A stretch of 63,983 nt of DNA, the filler included, from Parasitella parasitica NRRL 2501 (Eukaryota > Fungi > Mucoromycota), in assembly GCA_025201805.1 (NCBI GenBank). It is 4 parts of 4 records of this genome, joined end to end, with 100 filler letters (N's around TTAATTAATTAA, not from the genome) between each part and the next. Parts side by side here need not be neighbours in the genome. Positions count along the whole stretch, not along the records: positions 53,820 to 63,983 come from MU619398.1; 3 more parts are not named here. One strand, written 5' to 3'. Of this stretch, positions 62,238 through 63,983 are shown one piece after another. How positions within the stretch are numbered: the stretch's first letter is position 1; the number at the start of each line of letters is the position of its first letter. The notes under the pieces were generated by a model. The model was not told the DNA's origin, did not search any database, and worked only from the letters and a program-made list of their open reading frames with translations. Both the position numbers and the translations under genes were made by a program.

Positions 62238-63914
62238 TCAAAGAGTATTGCCTCCAGTAACTGTTGTAAAAAAAATAAAATAAATAGGGCTTAACTGTTG
62301 AATTGTGTGCGTTTGGCAGTGATGGGCTCTGGGTCGAAACAGGGGGAAAGTTCCTTCAAACAAAAGGCAACCAAGACCAGCAAGGCTAATTGCAAGTGCT
62401 GAGACTTGGTCGCAGCACGTTGTCTTGAGCATTGATAAAGACTATTTTTTTCCAAAATCCATCTCCAAAACTCTGCACCCGTCTTCTGTAGTCTTCTGTT
62501 TTTGGGTCAGCGAATTTGTAAAAGTAACCAAGCTCATATATTGATTGATTTGCTTGGAGCTTAAAGTGAGAGAGCGAGGTAGAGTCAAGTGTTCAAAACG
62601 TCAGCTTCATTTGTATTTGAACCATTAGCATTGTCTGCGTCTTTGGTACCTTCTATAGTAGGCGCACACGTCTAAAATCAGTTTCTTTTACAATACACAT
62701 ATGTGTTTACAGGCATAGAGTTACATACCCAAGATCTGAACCTATTGTACAGCTTCAAGTGAGATACGAAACGATTCATATCAAAAAAACACTGTCTCGG
62801 TAGTCCTTACAATGCCATTATCCGTGCCACTGTACCCGGCTGTTGTCAGATCCGTGTCTTCATCCAGCTTGTATTCCTCTATTCTTCTACACCATCCCTT
62901 GCTATCCACAGTGAAAGGCTTAATTGGTATTAGATTTTTTAAATCACCCACTGAAGGTTTTCCATATTCATGAATCTCTCGCCTCAGTAACTTAAGCCTC
63001 TCCTTTGTATCTCGAATAGCCACGGTTAACCCTCTCTTTTACCTTAGTTTGCCTTTACGGTTTTTTTTTCGAAGCTTGGCCGATTCTCTTTCAGTCTTCT
63101 TCAACAAGAGGAAATGGTCTTGATTGGGAGATAAATGGATCAACAGCAAGAAGCTCAAGAGCTTTTTAAGTAGCTTGTTGACAATGTTATTTTCGGACCA
63201 CATATCACGAGGATTCATGCATTACTGTTGGCGAGCGAGCCATCTTCATAGCATACAGGTCAATTTTGATGTGGGTTGGCTTGATCACGGCCAAAAACAC
63301 TTACAATTGCCTTGTGAAGAGGCGACTGTTTAAGGGTACACTCTTCGATCCCCCTTTGACCATAGTATGTCGAGTTTATTTATTTCAAGCGGGACTCTAG
63401 AAATGGCAATTGATAGTGAGCGTTGAAATCGTCATTCTCAAGAAAGCTGGCATCTAATGGCTTTGTTACAGTGATATCTTCCTCTAAATAACCTTCTGGC
63501 AGCATCGACGCAATGCTGTTTCCACCATCGTGGACAAGTTTAACATTACTGTCATTAAATTCAGATGTATACTCAGCAAACAATAGAGCGAATTAGAGAA
63601 CCTGCTTGCTGAAGTCAGAGGTACAATAATTAGATACTTGCTCCATGGAAGCACCGATTGTATTGATGAATGACACCTTGATTTCGTCTGGCAGGTCGCC
63701 CCAGAGCACTTGATTGAAAGAAGTTGAGCATGCGCGAGAATTGCTTACCGTCATCTTGAGTCGCACTATCACTGTCTTCATCATCATTGAACCATCATCC
63801 TTTTCTTGTATTTCCAAAAGAGACAGAAAATTCTTCTTTGGACTTGCAGCCTTTTTATTTTGTGTATATACGTTGTACATACGGTGTTTTACATTGTTAT
63901 GATTTTTCCTGGAC
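62238..63914 (-). pseudogene. Fanzor-like (TnpB-derived, RuvC) nuclease pseudogene; 5' end cut by an LTR
   Basis: Successive broken frames: RACSTSFNQVLWGDLP; MWSENNIVNKLLKKLLSFLLLIHLSP; RuvC-I-like YSGTDNGIVRTTETV followed (after a frameshift) by FDMNRFVSHLKLYNRF; RuvC-III-like CDQVSALAISLAGLGCLL...FPLFRP. An intron-like GTATGT...TTAG lies at ~62673-62728. RuvC-II and the zinc finger appear deleted. Confidence 0.7.
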
Positions 63915-63983
63915 TGTTGGATCAAAAAAATAATAAAAAAACCAAAGGTTAACGAGATACGAAAACTAAAGATACTTTATTTA
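63915..63983 (-). repeat. 3' end of an LTR family B2 copy (continues beyond the window)
   Basis: Reverse complement reads taaataaagtatctttagttttcgtatctcgttaacctttgg...gatccaaca, matching 30871-30940. Confidence 0.9.

Overview
Eukaryotic, AT-rich genomic DNA with many short GT-AG introns. The gene content and transposon families point to a Mucorales-type fungus (inference). Two blocks of housekeeping genes flank a ~14 kb nest of decayed transposons at ~19.8-33.2 kb. Left block: Myb TF, MRT4, an Ime2/MAK-like kinase, MOCS2B, a stand-alone Nup96-like gene, DPH5, RPC19 and metacaspase. Right block: CCT2, SNF5, otubain, a CLIP-170-like gene, a mitochondrial-type NDK, SSB Hsp70, TBCK, SYF2 and an F-box/LRR gene. 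The nest holds a two-gene CACTA/CMC-like element, a Ty3/Gypsy gag-protease remnant, Tc1/IS630 elements and solo LTRs of three families, several with readable 5-bp TSDs. The left edge carries a pseudogenised PD-(D/E)XK gene whose core resembles bacterial Rpn/YhgA nucleases, next to a Tc1 element with mismatched ends. The right edge carries a decayed TnpB-derived Fanzor-like (RNA-guided nuclease) gene interrupted by an LTR. The window has several N gaps, three containing an artificial TTAATTAATTAA spacer. Exon boundaries were read by eye and are approximate.
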